Shown here piece by piece: positions 10,308 to 19,620 of a stretch of 64,000 nt of DNA. The DNA comes from Acidobacteriota bacterium. GTDB taxonomy: Bacteria > Bacillota > Syntrophomonadia > Syntrophomonadales > DTU052. Made by a program: the position numbers and the translations under genes. Within the stretch, counting starts at the first letter, position 1. Each line of letters starts with the position of its first letter. Under the pieces are notes generated by a model. That model saw nothing but the letters and a program-made list of their open reading frames with translations, had not been told where the DNA came from and made no database searches. Location of the stretch: NCBI GenBank assembly GCA_050259595.1, contig JBLNAX010000096.1:2734-66733 (forward strand), in the 5' to 3' direction.

Positions 10308-11171
10308 ATGGAACGATGGCAGTCTATGCCCCTTTTTACATATTGCATGGTATGGATGCTGATCATCCTGCTTTACCAGCATCCGTTATGCCTGACGATT
10401 ATGGGTATAGGACTGATGATAACAGTGAATGCTCTTGGTTTGATCAAAAATGCTGTTCGCAATATAGGCTATATCCTGCCTGTAATACTGATGCTGCTAG
10501 TGATCAATTCATTAATAAACAACAATGGACGCCAGGTCTTGATCGCAGTTCAATTGTTGGGTGCTCTTAGAGTAGTCTATTGGGAACCGTTGATATTCAG
10601 CCTGGCTATGAGCCTGAAATTGATCGATTTAATGCTTTTATTCGTATTGATAAATGAATTTCTGGAACCGTATCGCATTATCGAATTGAGTGGAGGCAAG
10701 CTGCATAAGCCGGTGCTGGTCATGGCCATGGCCCTACGCATTGTTCCATTTATGGGGGCGGAAATAAAACGGGTCCAGGAATCTTACCGTACACGAGGAT
10801 TTACATTTAGGGGAGGTCTTCTGCAACGTACTCGGGAATATGGGGTGTTGGCTAGAGCTGCCCTGATCCTGGCCTTGGAAAATGCGGCTGCCTGGGCGGA
10901 AGCCATGCAGGCGCGAGGTTACGGGGCTGGTCCCCGCAGTCACTATTTTCGCGGTGCTTGGAGTGCGGCCGATCATTATGTTATGGCTGCTAGTCTTATC
11001 GCCCTGACCATTGCCGTTATTGCTTTCGTTTTCAACTATGGAGCTGATCAATACTATTACGGAGTGGCTACTCAGCCAAGAGTCATCGAGGTAATTGCAG
11101 TAGTGGCCTTGACTGTTATAATATCGGGTCCGGGAATTCTCGCCGGGAGGTGGCGAAACTGGCAATATTAG
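10308..11171 (+). CDS. ecfT: ECF transporter T component
   Basis: Multiple TM helices; ALRIVP...RTRG and AEAMQARGY coupling-helix motifs. Confidence 0.9.
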   Translation: MERWQSMPLFTYCMVWMLIILLYQHPLCLTIMGIGLMITVNALGLIKNAVRNIGYILPVILMLLVINSLINNNGRQVLIAVQLLGALRVVYWEPLIFSLAMSLKLIDLMLLFVLINEFLEPYRIIELSGGKLHKPVLVMAMALRIVPFMGAEIKRVQESYRTRGFTFRGGLLQRTREYGVLARAALILALENAAAWAEAMQARGYGAGPRSHYFRGAWSAADHYVMAASLIALTIAVIAFVFNYGADQYYYGVATQPRVIEVIAVVALTVIISGPGILAGRWRNWQY

Positions 11172-12835
11172 AAGCAGACAGAATCAACTACCGCTACCCG
11201 CGGAGCCAAGAGATGGCTTTAAAGGGGATCAGTATGTCGGTCGAGCCCGGAGAAATGATGTTGGTGATCGGACAGTCTGGATCAGGCAAATCGACACTGG
11301 CCAAAGTTTTAGCCGGACTGGTACCTGATTTCTATGGTGGGTTGTTTTCTGGCCGAGTCTTGTACAAAGGACGTGAGCTGCGCGAATGGCATAAAATGCA
11401 GCGGACCCAGCAGATAGGTTTTGTCTTCCAAGATTCCGAACGGCAGCTGATATTTGATCAGGTAGAAAGAGAGATTGCCTTCGGGTTAGAAAATTTGGGT
11501 CTATCCCGCCCTGCCATGCATCTACGGGTGGCTGAAGTCTGCGATTATCTTGGCATACACAGCCTGCTCCGCCGGGCGGTACATGAGCTTTCTGGTGGAG
11601 AACGGCAAAAGGTGGCACTGGCCGGGGTCCTGGCCATGCACCCGGAACTTTTGATCCTGGATGAACCGGTCTCACAGCTTGATCCGATAGCAGCTGAGGA
11701 GTTTATTCAGATCGTCAAAAGGCTTAATGAAGAGCGTGGAATAACCGTTATAATCTGTGAACAAAGAACCGAGCGATTATTCCATATAGTCGATAAAACT
11801 GCAGTCATAAACGATGGCAGGATCACAGACACGGGAACGCCACATAGCGTAGCAATGAGGACGGCTAGAGACTACCTGTTGCCTACTGTTCCGCGCTTAT
11901 TCCGCCAGGCGGGCTGGAGTGCATCGCTGCCGCTGAGCATCCGGGAAGGGCGGCAATCGATCAGCCGTATGGCTGATCCAGCTTTGATACATATGGCCGA
12001 CACTGATGGAAATGATTCTGTTGGGCTAAGAGGTCCGAATGTGGTCAGCTTGAATAAGGTTTGGGTAGGTTATGAGTCCGGCCATGAAGTACTGAAGGAC
12101 GTGAGCTTTGACATTGCGGCGGGCGAAATCGTTGGTATTGCCGGTGGTAACGGGGCCGGAAAGTCAACCCTCCTGAAAACGATATCCGGTCTTGTCAGTA
12201 GTAAGCAAGGCCGGGTCGAAGTACTGGGACGGGCCGGACGCCAGCTCAAGCCAGAAAAATTAGCTGGTCAAATAGGTTACCTGCCGCAGAATCCCGCCGA
12301 CATGTTGTGGAGCGGCACCGTGCGTGAAGAGCTCACACAGACAGTAGCCAAACTGGGATGCCTGGACCAAGTCTTGATAGATCGAATCGTTGGTATTTTA
12401 AATCTGGAATCTCTGCTCGATGCTAACCCCCGGGAACTTAGCCAGGGTGAACAGGTGAGAGTAGCACTCGCTTCGATAGTATCAATAAAACCTCAGTTAC
12501 TGTTATTGGATGAGCCTACCCGAGGACTGGACAGCCTGAACCGGGAAGCTGTAGGGCAGTTGATCAAGGTCATGGCGTTGGCTGGATCAACGGTAATGAT
12601 CGTCTCCCATGATACCGAATTCCTGGCCGACTATGTTCAGCGTTTACTTATAATGTTTGATGGACAGATCGTGGCTGATGGAGCCAAGGAAGAAATCTTG
12701 CGGGAAAGTGTATTTTACTCCCCGCCAGCGGCGAGCATTTTCAGAGGAATAGATGATTCTATTCTCACCCAGGAACAGGCTCGTAAACAACTGGAACAGT
12801 ATTTGGCGAACAACCGAGAGGACTGTGCAACTTAA
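11150..12835 (+). CDS. ECF transporter duplicated ATPase
   Basis: Two ABC domains: GQSGSGKST/LSGGERQ/LILDEP and GGNGAGKST/LSQGEQ/LLLDEP. Confidence 0.95.
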   Translation: MAKLAILEADRINYRYPRSQEMALKGISMSVEPGEMMLVIGQSGSGKSTLAKVLAGLVPDFYGGLFSGRVLYKGRELREWHKMQRTQQIGFVFQDSERQLIFDQVEREIAFGLENLGLSRPAMHLRVAEVCDYLGIHSLLRRAVHELSGGERQKVALAGVLAMHPELLILDEPVSQLDPIAAEEFIQIVKRLNEERGITVIICEQRTERLFHIVDKTAVINDGRITDTGTPHSVAMRTARDYLLPTVPRLFRQAGWSASLPLSIREGRQSISRMADPALIHMADTDGNDSVGLRGPNVVSLNKVWVGYESGHEVLKDVSFDIAAGEIVGIAGGNGAGKSTLLKTISGLVSSKQGRVEVLGRAGRQLKPEKLAGQIGYLPQNPADMLWSGTVREELTQTVAKLGCLDQVLIDRIVGILNLESLLDANPRELSQGEQVRVALASIVSIKPQLLLLDEPTRGLDSLNREAVGQLIKVMALAGSTVMIVSHDTEFLADYVQRLLIMFDGQIVADGAKEEILRESVFYSPPAASIFRGIDDSILTQEQARKQLEQYLANNREDCAT

Positions 12836-13521
12836 TGGAATCAGTATTAGACTTGATCAGCCTGTTGAAAAACCTGAATTGGGGCCTGACCAGCTTTGTT
12901 TTACTGGTGTTAGCCTTGTGGTTTTTCTTGTGGAGAGCAGACCGATCATCGATGGGGGTTCGTGACATTACCCTGGTTGCTACTCTATCAGCGGTTGCTG
13001 CTCTAGGACGCGTTCCCTTCGCTGCTCTGCCCGGTATACAGCCTACGACCTTTATGGTCACTGTTGCTGGTTTGGTATTCGGCGGGCGAGCCGGATTTTT
13101 AGTAGGTTGCCTGGGGGCGCTGGTATCCAACTTCTTTTTGGGTCAAGGGCCATGGACTCTTTGGCAGATGGCAGCCTGGGGGTTGATCGGCGTTTGTGCG
13201 GGATGGTGGGGCAAATATGATTTTGCTTCAACGCGCTGGGGATTGGCTCTGTACGGCATTGTTTGGGCTTTTCTTTTTGGCTGGATAATGAATGTCCAAT
13301 ATTGGATCACCTTCACCTATCCATTGACAATTTCGGGGTATTTGACCGCATGTGCAACCAGTGTGTGGTTCGACTTCCTTCATGCAGCCAGTAACGCTGT
13401 ACTAGGATTCATTATCGGGCCGGAGATAGTTAAGCTGCTGCGGGAATATCGTTTGGTTTTTGAAGCCGTTCCGGTTGAACAGGCTTCTACTGATAGTTCA
13501 GATATAGCGGAGGATTGCTGA
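12835..13521 (+). CDS. cbrT: ECF S component, CbrT-like (cobalamin)
   Basis: GRVPFAALPGIQPTTF and SNFFLGQGPWTLWQM motifs; B12 riboswitch context. Confidence 0.8.
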   Translation: MESVLDLISLLKNLNWGLTSFVLLVLALWFFLWRADRSSMGVRDITLVATLSAVAALGRVPFAALPGIQPTTFMVTVAGLVFGGRAGFLVGCLGALVSNFFLGQGPWTLWQMAAWGLIGVCAGWWGKYDFASTRWGLALYGIVWAFLFGWIMNVQYWITFTYPLTISGYLTACATSVWFDFLHAASNAVLGFIIGPEIVKLLREYRLVFEAVPVEQASTDSSDIAEDC

Positions 13522-14498
13522 TGCTGAAGAGGATCATTGTCTGTGTATTATTGATTGCCGCGCTGGCGGGCCTGGCAAATTACCGGCAGTTACAGGGAAG
13601 TGTTAGTGCTTTCTTCACAGGCCATGATCTTTCCGATAAAGCAGTGACATCCCGAGATAAAGTAAAGTTGTGGGTTACAGCTGATTATGGTTCTATGACA
13701 ATATGGAGTGGAGAAATCGAAACAGCCCCCGGACAGGACCTGCTAGATCTAATGAAAAAGCACATGCAGGTAGGAACCGGCTATGGTGGTGGTTTCGTAA
13801 AGACTATAAATGGTTTTCCCGCCCAAGATTCGTCACCCGCGAGCAAAGATTGGTTTCTATACATAGACGGCATTCTGTCAGATAAGGGTGCAGGGGAGGC
13901 CGTACCCGCCAATGGCCAGGTAGTGTGGTGGGATTTCCATGGCTGGGATGGTACGACGTTTGTCCCCGCTTCAATAGGAGCCTATCCCAGGCCTTTGAGT
14001 AGTGAGATCATCATTGCCGCTCCCGCAGGTGAAGATTCACAGAAAGCGGCCGATCAAGTGGCAAAGATCGTTGGCGGAAAAACGAGAAACAAGACCAAAT
14101 TAATTCCGCTTACCAAAGGATGGACGCCGGAGTCATACAAATGCCCGGTGATCGTAATTGGCGCATGGCCAGAATTGTCCAAGATACCAGCCGTTACCGC
14201 ACTTTTTCAGCGTTCGGTGGAAAGCGGGATTTTCTGTGGTTTCAAAAATGGTGATTTGCTAGCATATGATGAACAGGGCCGGGTTGCACGGGAATTCGGG
14301 GCTGGTTGTGGATGTTTGGTGGCGTCTGGTTCCGGTCTCGGTGACACCAGCCCAGTGTGGATAATCAGCAGCACCGATCGCCAGGGTATGGAAAGTGTGA
14401 TTAGATTATTGCGGGAACATCCAGAGAAGGTTAGCCGGAGATTTGGCTTAGTGGCTGCTGGCTCTGAAATACTGGCGTTGCCAGCCAAGCGTAAATAG
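13515..14498 (+). CDS. Membrane-anchored or secreted DUF4430-domain protein
   Basis: N-terminal hydrophobic anchor; YGGGFVKTING...DWFLYIDGILSDKGAGE...VVWWDFH. Confidence 0.85.
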   Translation: MLMLKRIIVCVLLIAALAGLANYRQLQGSVSAFFTGHDLSDKAVTSRDKVKLWVTADYGSMTIWSGEIETAPGQDLLDLMKKHMQVGTGYGGGFVKTINGFPAQDSSPASKDWFLYIDGILSDKGAGEAVPANGQVVWWDFHGWDGTTFVPASIGAYPRPLSSEIIIAAPAGEDSQKAADQVAKIVGGKTRNKTKLIPLTKGWTPESYKCPVIVIGAWPELSKIPAVTALFQRSVESGIFCGFKNGDLLAYDEQGRVAREFGAGCGCLVASGSGLGDTSPVWIISSTDRQGMESVIRLLREHPEKVSRRFGLVAAGSEILALPAKRK

Positions 14499-14510
14499 TA
14501 GGAGGTCATT

Positions 14511-15530
14511 ATGAGAGCATTCAAACATATCGTGCCAATTTTACTGATAGCGATATTGTTGCCTATTGTCTCGCCAACCGCTTTGTCTGCAGTTCCATCG
14601 AATAAAACGGCTGTGGTGGAGGCTGATAAAGAAGCAGCTAAAGCTCGGGACTATCTCCTGAGCCAATATAAAAACGGGGCTTCAGATTGGGGTCTGATAG
14701 CTCTCTCTGCTCAGACCGGAAACAAAGATAGTCAAAGAATCGCAGATCTAAAGAAAAACTGGATGAATAAAACTATAAGTCAGCTTAAGAGTAAATCCGA
14801 TTTGCCCCGGGTCACCACCGACTACGCGCGGTTAGCGCTGGCGGTGGCTGCTGCCAATGGCAACCCCCGTAACTGTGGAGGAATCGATCTGGTACAGAAT
14901 CTGATCGATTCGCAGACACCAAGTGGGAAGTTTGCTGATTTAGTGGATGGCACCGGAGAAGAACTGGTCAATGCGCACATCTGGGCGATCATAGTTTTAT
15001 ACTCGTGTGGGGAAGAGGTGCCGCAGCCGGAGATGGCGCGGCGCTGGCTGATCGATCACCAGAACCGTGATGGAGGCTTTGGATTCAAGGCTTCAAGCAA
15101 TGTATCTGATGTAGACATAACTGCACAAGCGTTGTTAGCTCTTAATTGTTTAGGCGATACCTCGAGCTCACCAGTGGTGCGCCGTGGTCTAGCTTATTTA
15201 AAAAAACGCCAGGCGGCCAGTGCTGGCTTTGCGGGTTGGGGTGGCGAAAACTGTGAATCATCGGCATCAGTCTTACAGACACTGATCGCATTCAGGATCG
15301 ATCCCCTGGCTGCTCAATGGACAGTAAAGAGCAAGAACATGCTGGGCTTTATGAAATCGTGCCAGCTTGATAATGGCGCTTTTGGCCATCTGGCGGGTGG
15401 CACTGCCAACGTTATGGCTACTGAACATGCTTTGCTTGCTTTGAGTGAGTATCGCGATGGGGTGACCATATATCAGAAACTCCATAAAAGCAGACTGCAA
15501 AAGAGCAGCAAGCCACGAGTCAAAGGCTAA
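14511..15530 (+). CDS. Secreted prenyltransferase-repeat alpha/alpha barrel protein
   Basis: Signal peptide; TTDYARLALA, SQTPSGKF, HQNRDGGF, DVDITAQALLAL, ENCESSASVL, CQLDNGAF, NVMATEHALLAL. Confidence 0.85.
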   Translation: MRAFKHIVPILLIAILLPIVSPTALSAVPSNKTAVVEADKEAAKARDYLLSQYKNGASDWGLIALSAQTGNKDSQRIADLKKNWMNKTISQLKSKSDLPRVTTDYARLALAVAAANGNPRNCGGIDLVQNLIDSQTPSGKFADLVDGTGEELVNAHIWAIIVLYSCGEEVPQPEMARRWLIDHQNRDGGFGFKASSNVSDVDITAQALLALNCLGDTSSSPVVRRGLAYLKKRQAASAGFAGWGGENCESSASVLQTLIAFRIDPLAAQWTVKSKNMLGFMKSCQLDNGAFGHLAGGTANVMATEHALLALSEYRDGVTIYQKLHKSRLQKSSKPRVKG

Positions 15531-15540
15531 CAACCATAGA

Positions 15541-15582
15541 GAATAAGAAGACCACCCGCCGTAGCAGGTGGTCTTCTTATTA
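15541..15582. terminator. Bidirectional terminator
   Basis: AATAAGAAGACCACC...GGTGGTCTTCTTATT. Confidence 0.8.
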
Positions 15583-15599
15583 TTATGTTTTTTACTGGT

Positions 15600-17240
15600 T
15601 TATGGAACCGGCATATCCGGTAAACGGTCTTTGCTGGTCATGTCATAGAACCAGAATTTCGGTTTCTGAACTGTTCCGAAGCAGGTGGCATAGGGCATGA
15701 TCATGTTGTAATTACTGCCACTGATGCTCGGCGTGCCGCTGAAGAGCTGGGCCCCCAAACCGCCCGTGGATGTCAGTTTATAGACTTGGAAATCACCAGC
15801 ATGACACTTGACACATATTTCTGCAGCAGAAGTTCCGCCAGTATCAGCGTACATGAAGAACTCATCTGCTGTCGGTGCGGCGTAGAATTTGAGCTGTACT
15901 GTCAGGTTATTTGTGCGGTCCATTCTTACATCCGCAAAGTCGCGGCCATCGGCGATTGCCGGTTCATTGACATCGCTTTTCCACATCGGCAGACGCTGCG
16001 AGCTCTTGGTGGTCGGATAGATTGTCAGGTCCGGAGGAGTGTAACCGGCTGCTTTTACATCAGCTGCTGCCTGGCCTAGGGTCTTCCAACCGCGAAGTTT
16101 ATCAAAGAATAACGGTGTGCCTAGGGTTCCAGGATTATAGCCCAGGACTGCATTCCAGCCTACCCAGGCTGCACTGCCATGATCTACGACCCATTTGGGG
16201 AGACCGTTCATACCCGCAGGGTCGGAACTGCTGCAGGAGCAGTCGGCCCAGATGGTTTTGGGGAAGTCATGATCGTTCCAGTATGCTGCGGCAAATTGAC
16301 TGCCGATAGCGTATACGTAATTAACTTCATCAGTTACCCAGTTGTCTACACTGAATACGATGGTGCCGGTATAGCCGCTGTTCCAGGCGGGCGGTGAAGT
16401 GTAGTAGGGGCGGACCATGAAGTAGAAGTCATTGTTTACTACTCCGCCGTGAGCGGCGAAGAAGATCATGCCGTAGTCATTATCCATATTGGCGGCTGCT
16501 GCCAGGTTGGCAGAGTCATTGTTTTTTATAGTGGTCTGGAATCCCATTTCAGCCAGATAATTATTGATTTGATCACCCATGGTGACACACCCGGCAGCCT
16601 GGTCTCTCATTGTGTTAAAGATCAGAGCCTTGCGGGATGACGGAGTATTAGGCAAAAACATGATCGGATTAGGTCTTACCAGGTTAGGGTCGATCACTAC
16701 TTGATTATTAGGAACAATGGTGTATACATTCGATGATGTACTATCGTTAGGGATTATCTTGCCGGGATCTATTATAGTTTTGTCAACGGTTACCGGCGGT
16801 TTGGGAAGAGGGGTAGCTGTGGCCACTGGGAGGGTTGCCTTAGGGCTGATAGCAGCAGCGGGCAGTGCTGCGCCGAAGGTGCTCTTGCCCAGCATCATCA
16901 GCATTTTGTAGCCGTTCTTATATTCGACGAAGATGTTTCCGCCGGGCTGCAGTTTAGCTATCTTGACAGCAGGCTGCTGTATTATGTATTGTAGCTGCTG
17001 CTGAAGCACTGGAGCCGGGGCCTTTTTCTTCTGTAAAACCTGGATCCTGTAATTCTGATGTACGTTCTTTGTAATACTCTTAATGGTGTCCGTATTCACA
17101 GCTTGTGAGCCCGGGGGTTCTGGCTGTGGATTGATGGCCAGTGTCGGCAGAGCCGTTACCATTGTCAGCATAAATGTTAACAGTAGAATAAATACCGTGG
17201 TCTCGCGTTTGAAGGGGTTGCTTTTAAATAACCTTTTCAT
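15600..17240 (-). CDS. Secreted protein with a clan CD (caspase/CHAT/gingipain-fold) cysteine-peptidase-like domain
   Basis: Signal peptide, INPQPEPPG, Pro-rich linker, then MIFFAAHG...TIWADCSCSS...DHGSAAWVGW...FFDKLRGWKTLGQA, matching the CHAT/C25 element order; beta-rich C-terminal domain. Confidence 0.65.
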   Translation of the reverse strand: MKRLFKSNPFKRETTVFILLLTFMLTMVTALPTLAINPQPEPPGSQAVNTDTIKSITKNVHQNYRIQVLQKKKAPAPVLQQQLQYIIQQPAVKIAKLQPGGNIFVEYKNGYKMLMMLGKSTFGAALPAAAISPKATLPVATATPLPKPPVTVDKTIIDPGKIIPNDSTSSNVYTIVPNNQVVIDPNLVRPNPIMFLPNTPSSRKALIFNTMRDQAAGCVTMGDQINNYLAEMGFQTTIKNNDSANLAAAANMDNDYGMIFFAAHGGVVNNDFYFMVRPYYTSPPAWNSGYTGTIVFSVDNWVTDEVNYVYAIGSQFAAAYWNDHDFPKTIWADCSCSSSDPAGMNGLPKWVVDHGSAAWVGWNAVLGYNPGTLGTPLFFDKLRGWKTLGQAAADVKAAGYTPPDLTIYPTTKSSQRLPMWKSDVNEPAIADGRDFADVRMDRTNNLTVQLKFYAAPTADEFFMYADTGGTSAAEICVKCHAGDFQVYKLTSTGGLGAQLFSGTPSISGSNYNMIMPYATCFGTVQKPKFWFYDMTSKDRLPDMPVP

Positions 17241-17368
17241 CTTTCTGTCCTCCCAAATAACTTTTTATTTCTCTAATTACCAGCATTTCTTTTTCCAGGC
17301 TGGTCTGGAGTTCAAAACCTATTTCGGTGTAATCGTTTTACATCGGCGGCACCTCCTTTATGAATCAA

Positions 17369-17411
17369 ATTATATTTGGAAAAAACTTTTGTTTCTGTGA
17401 TGGGCATCACA
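17369..17411 (-). promoter_or_regulatory. Crp/Fnr-type site with -10 box (class II promoter)
   Basis: TGTGA-TGGGCA-TCACA at 17396-17411; TATAAT on the minus strand at 17369-17374. Confidence 0.7.
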
Positions 17412-17620
17412 AAATCAAAAATAATTTTCTGAGATATTGACTCTTCCTTAAGCTTTTTAATGCCTAACTAAAGGATTGTGCATTTGGCATCCGGTGATGG
17501 CGATTAGACCTGAAAAATAAAAGGATTATTATCAGTATTTAAAGATATCACGTGAGATTCAAAGAGGGGGACGATCGTGGGGTCTATCAAATGCAAAGCA
17601 GAAAGCCAAATTAAAGTTTT

Positions 17621-17644
17621 AGGGACGGGAAAATTCCCGTCCCT
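17621..17644. terminator. Terminator hairpin after the peptide gene
   Basis: AGGGACGGGAA-AA-TTCCCGTCCCT inverted repeat. Confidence 0.65.
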
Positions 17645-17666
17645 TTGTGTATTGGCTTTAATTAAC

Positions 17667-17876
17667 TTAGGGTCTGGTAGGAGAACCATCCGCACCCTGG
17701 AAAATGCTGCCCCAATTCGTAGGCAGGCTGTCCGGTCCCATCACTATACCGGGTCTTAGAATGATGGTCGGAGAAGTATCCGCCCCGGCCATTACTGCTG
17801 GTGCCAGTGCCATTACAAATATGGCTATCAACACAGCCAGCATGACCAGTTTGGTTTTGCTACGGAACATCGCCAC
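17667..17876 (-). CDS. Small secreted peptide with three G[AP]DxxPT repeats
   Basis: GGAAGGGAGGG RBS, Sec signal peptide (...LAPAVMA), own promoter and terminator; repeats GADTSPT, GPDSLPT, GADGSPT. Confidence 0.75.
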   Translation of the reverse strand: MAMFRSKTKLVMLAVLIAIFVMALAPAVMAGADTSPTIILRPGIVMGPDSLPTNWGSIFQGADGSPTRP

Positions 17877-17921
17877 TCACTAATCCCTCCCTTCCAAGTT
17901 TATAAGTGTCTAACCAATAAT

Positions 17922-17965
17922 ATTATACAATATCCAATAAGCGGTTTTCTGTGGCCGTCATCACA
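17922..17965 (-). promoter_or_regulatory. Crp/Fnr-type site with -10 box (class II promoter)
   Basis: TGTGG-CCGTCA-TCACA at 17950-17965; TATAAT on the minus strand at 17922-17927. Confidence 0.65.
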
Positions 17966-17998
17966 TTAATGCAATTATTTGCATGTACATTTTATTAT

Positions 17999-18214
17999 TT
18001 ACAAACTGGTTCCTATTGGGCTGTTCATTGTTCCGAATTCCTCAGCATCAGTATATATCGTATTCCCCTTTGGCTTGAAAGTCTCACAGCAGGTCCCGAC
18101 CGATGATTCTACGATTCGGTCACCTGCCGCGCGCACTTCTATGCCTTTCGCGTTGCACTCGAAATCCCGATTATATTTGCATTCCTCAACCAGACAGCGG
18201 TCGACGTTGGGCAT
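17999..18214 (-). CDS. DUF1540-like small Cys-rich protein
   Basis: CLVEECKYN...CNAKGIEV...TCCETF; AAAGGAGG RBS. Confidence 0.85.
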   Translation of the reverse strand: MPNVDRCLVEECKYNRDFECNAKGIEVRAAGDRIVESSVGTCCETFKPKGNTIYTDAEEFGTMNSPIGTSL

Positions 18215-18416
18215 TTGTTATCCTCCTTTAAGTAACTATGATGCTTAGTTTGCGGCAGATAATTATTTCTCATTCTAATGGCTATCGCTCAGCACCATCG
18301 ATTTACTGGCAACATATGGTAAGGCAAAGCGGGGCCTATCCGATGCCACTGTTAGGTCTTTGATATGAGTAATGTTGCGTTGGGGTGAGGCTGCTATGAC
18401 TGGAGGGGGAGATTCA

Positions 18417-19520
18417 TTGAAGACTTTGCTTCTAGAGGTGCCGGTTATTGCTGTCACTGGCAGTTCGGGTAAGTCTACGACCAAGGAAATGATTGCCGCG
18501 ATTCTGCAGAACCGCTGTGAAATCTTCAAAACGCCGGGCAACCGTAATTACTGGACTGCTACCGAAAAATTTGCCAAATGGATTCGTCCTTCTCATCAGG
18601 CGGTAGTCCTGGAATATGGTATCGCTGGTTTTGGGCACTTAAAGCGGTCATGTCAGATAATTCGCCCCAATATTGGTGTCATTACAATGGTGGGAACTGC
18701 ACATTTAGGCAATTTCAGGGGCGATGTGAAAAGACTTGCGCTGGCCAAATCGGAATTGATCCAAAATATGAGCCAATCCGGAAAGCTGTATATAAACGCT
18801 GACGATGATAATTCCAAGCTGCTGCAAACCAGTGGGTTTAAAGGTAAGATTATTCGTATTGGGATCGATCAAACCGCTGATTATCAGGCATTTGATGTCA
18901 AGTATGCAGACCAGGGTATGACCTTTAAAGTCAAATTAGATGGACGGACATGTAGCTTTTTCATTCCTATATATGGGCGCCACAATGTCTATAACGCGCT
19001 TTTTGCTATTGCTGTAACACATGCTCTGGGTTATGAACCGAGCGATATGCAGAAAGGTCTTGCCAACTATACCAGGCTGGTTGGAAGGCTGACATTTATT
19101 GAACTAGCCCGAAATGTAACACTGATTGATGATTCATACAGTGCTAACCCCAACTCGGTGAAAGCGGCTCTCGATGTTCTGGCCACCGTCAGCAAAGGCT
19201 CAAATATAGCGGTACTTAGCGATATGACCTGTCTGGGGAGGTATACTTCCATTGGTCACAATGAGGTTGGTCGGTACATTGCTGAAAAAAGGATCGACCA
19301 TCTTTACACGATTGGTGAAAGGGCTGAGAAAATTGGCGAGAGTGCTGTAAAGTCGGGCTTTGATCCGCAAAAGGTGATACACAATTTTACAAAGGACGAA
19401 CTAATCCATAAGCTCGTAGAAACCGTTAAATCCAATGCTACAGTATTGGTTAAAGGTTCGCATAGCACCGGTATGAAAGAGATCGTGGATGCCCTCAAAG
19501 TGCGATTGATCGAGCCCTGA
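18417..19520 (+). CDS. MurF-like Mur ligase lacking the N-terminal domain
   Basis: AVTGSSGKSTTKEMI, VLEYG, GRHNVYNAL, IDDSYSANP, VLVKGSH; TTG start after GGAGGGGG. Confidence 0.85.
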   Translation: MKTLLLEVPVIAVTGSSGKSTTKEMIAAILQNRCEIFKTPGNRNYWTATEKFAKWIRPSHQAVVLEYGIAGFGHLKRSCQIIRPNIGVITMVGTAHLGNFRGDVKRLALAKSELIQNMSQSGKLYINADDDNSKLLQTSGFKGKIIRIGIDQTADYQAFDVKYADQGMTFKVKLDGRTCSFFIPIYGRHNVYNALFAIAVTHALGYEPSDMQKGLANYTRLVGRLTFIELARNVTLIDDSYSANPNSVKAALDVLATVSKGSNIAVLSDMTCLGRYTSIGHNEVGRYIAEKRIDHLYTIGERAEKIGESAVKSGFDPQKVIHNFTKDELIHKLVETVKSNATVLVKGSHSTGMKEIVDALKVRLIEP

Positions 19521-19547
19521 TCAAATATGGCTAATTATGAAAAACAG

Positions 19548-19580
19548 GATGGATTGAGGGTGAGTGAGCCCTCAATCCAT
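19548..19580. terminator. Inverted repeat between convergent genes
   Basis: ATGGATTGAGGG...CCCTCAATCCAT. Confidence 0.65.
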
Positions 19581-19620
19581 AAAAACATGGAGTTATATAT
19601 GGGCGATTTACCTGAGTTGA

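Noticed and set aside
7632-15530. Terpene cyclase / hopanoid cluster suggested by the prenyltransferase repeats
   Set aside because: The proteins are secreted, lack a DxDD motif and sit in a B12-riboswitch ECF operon.
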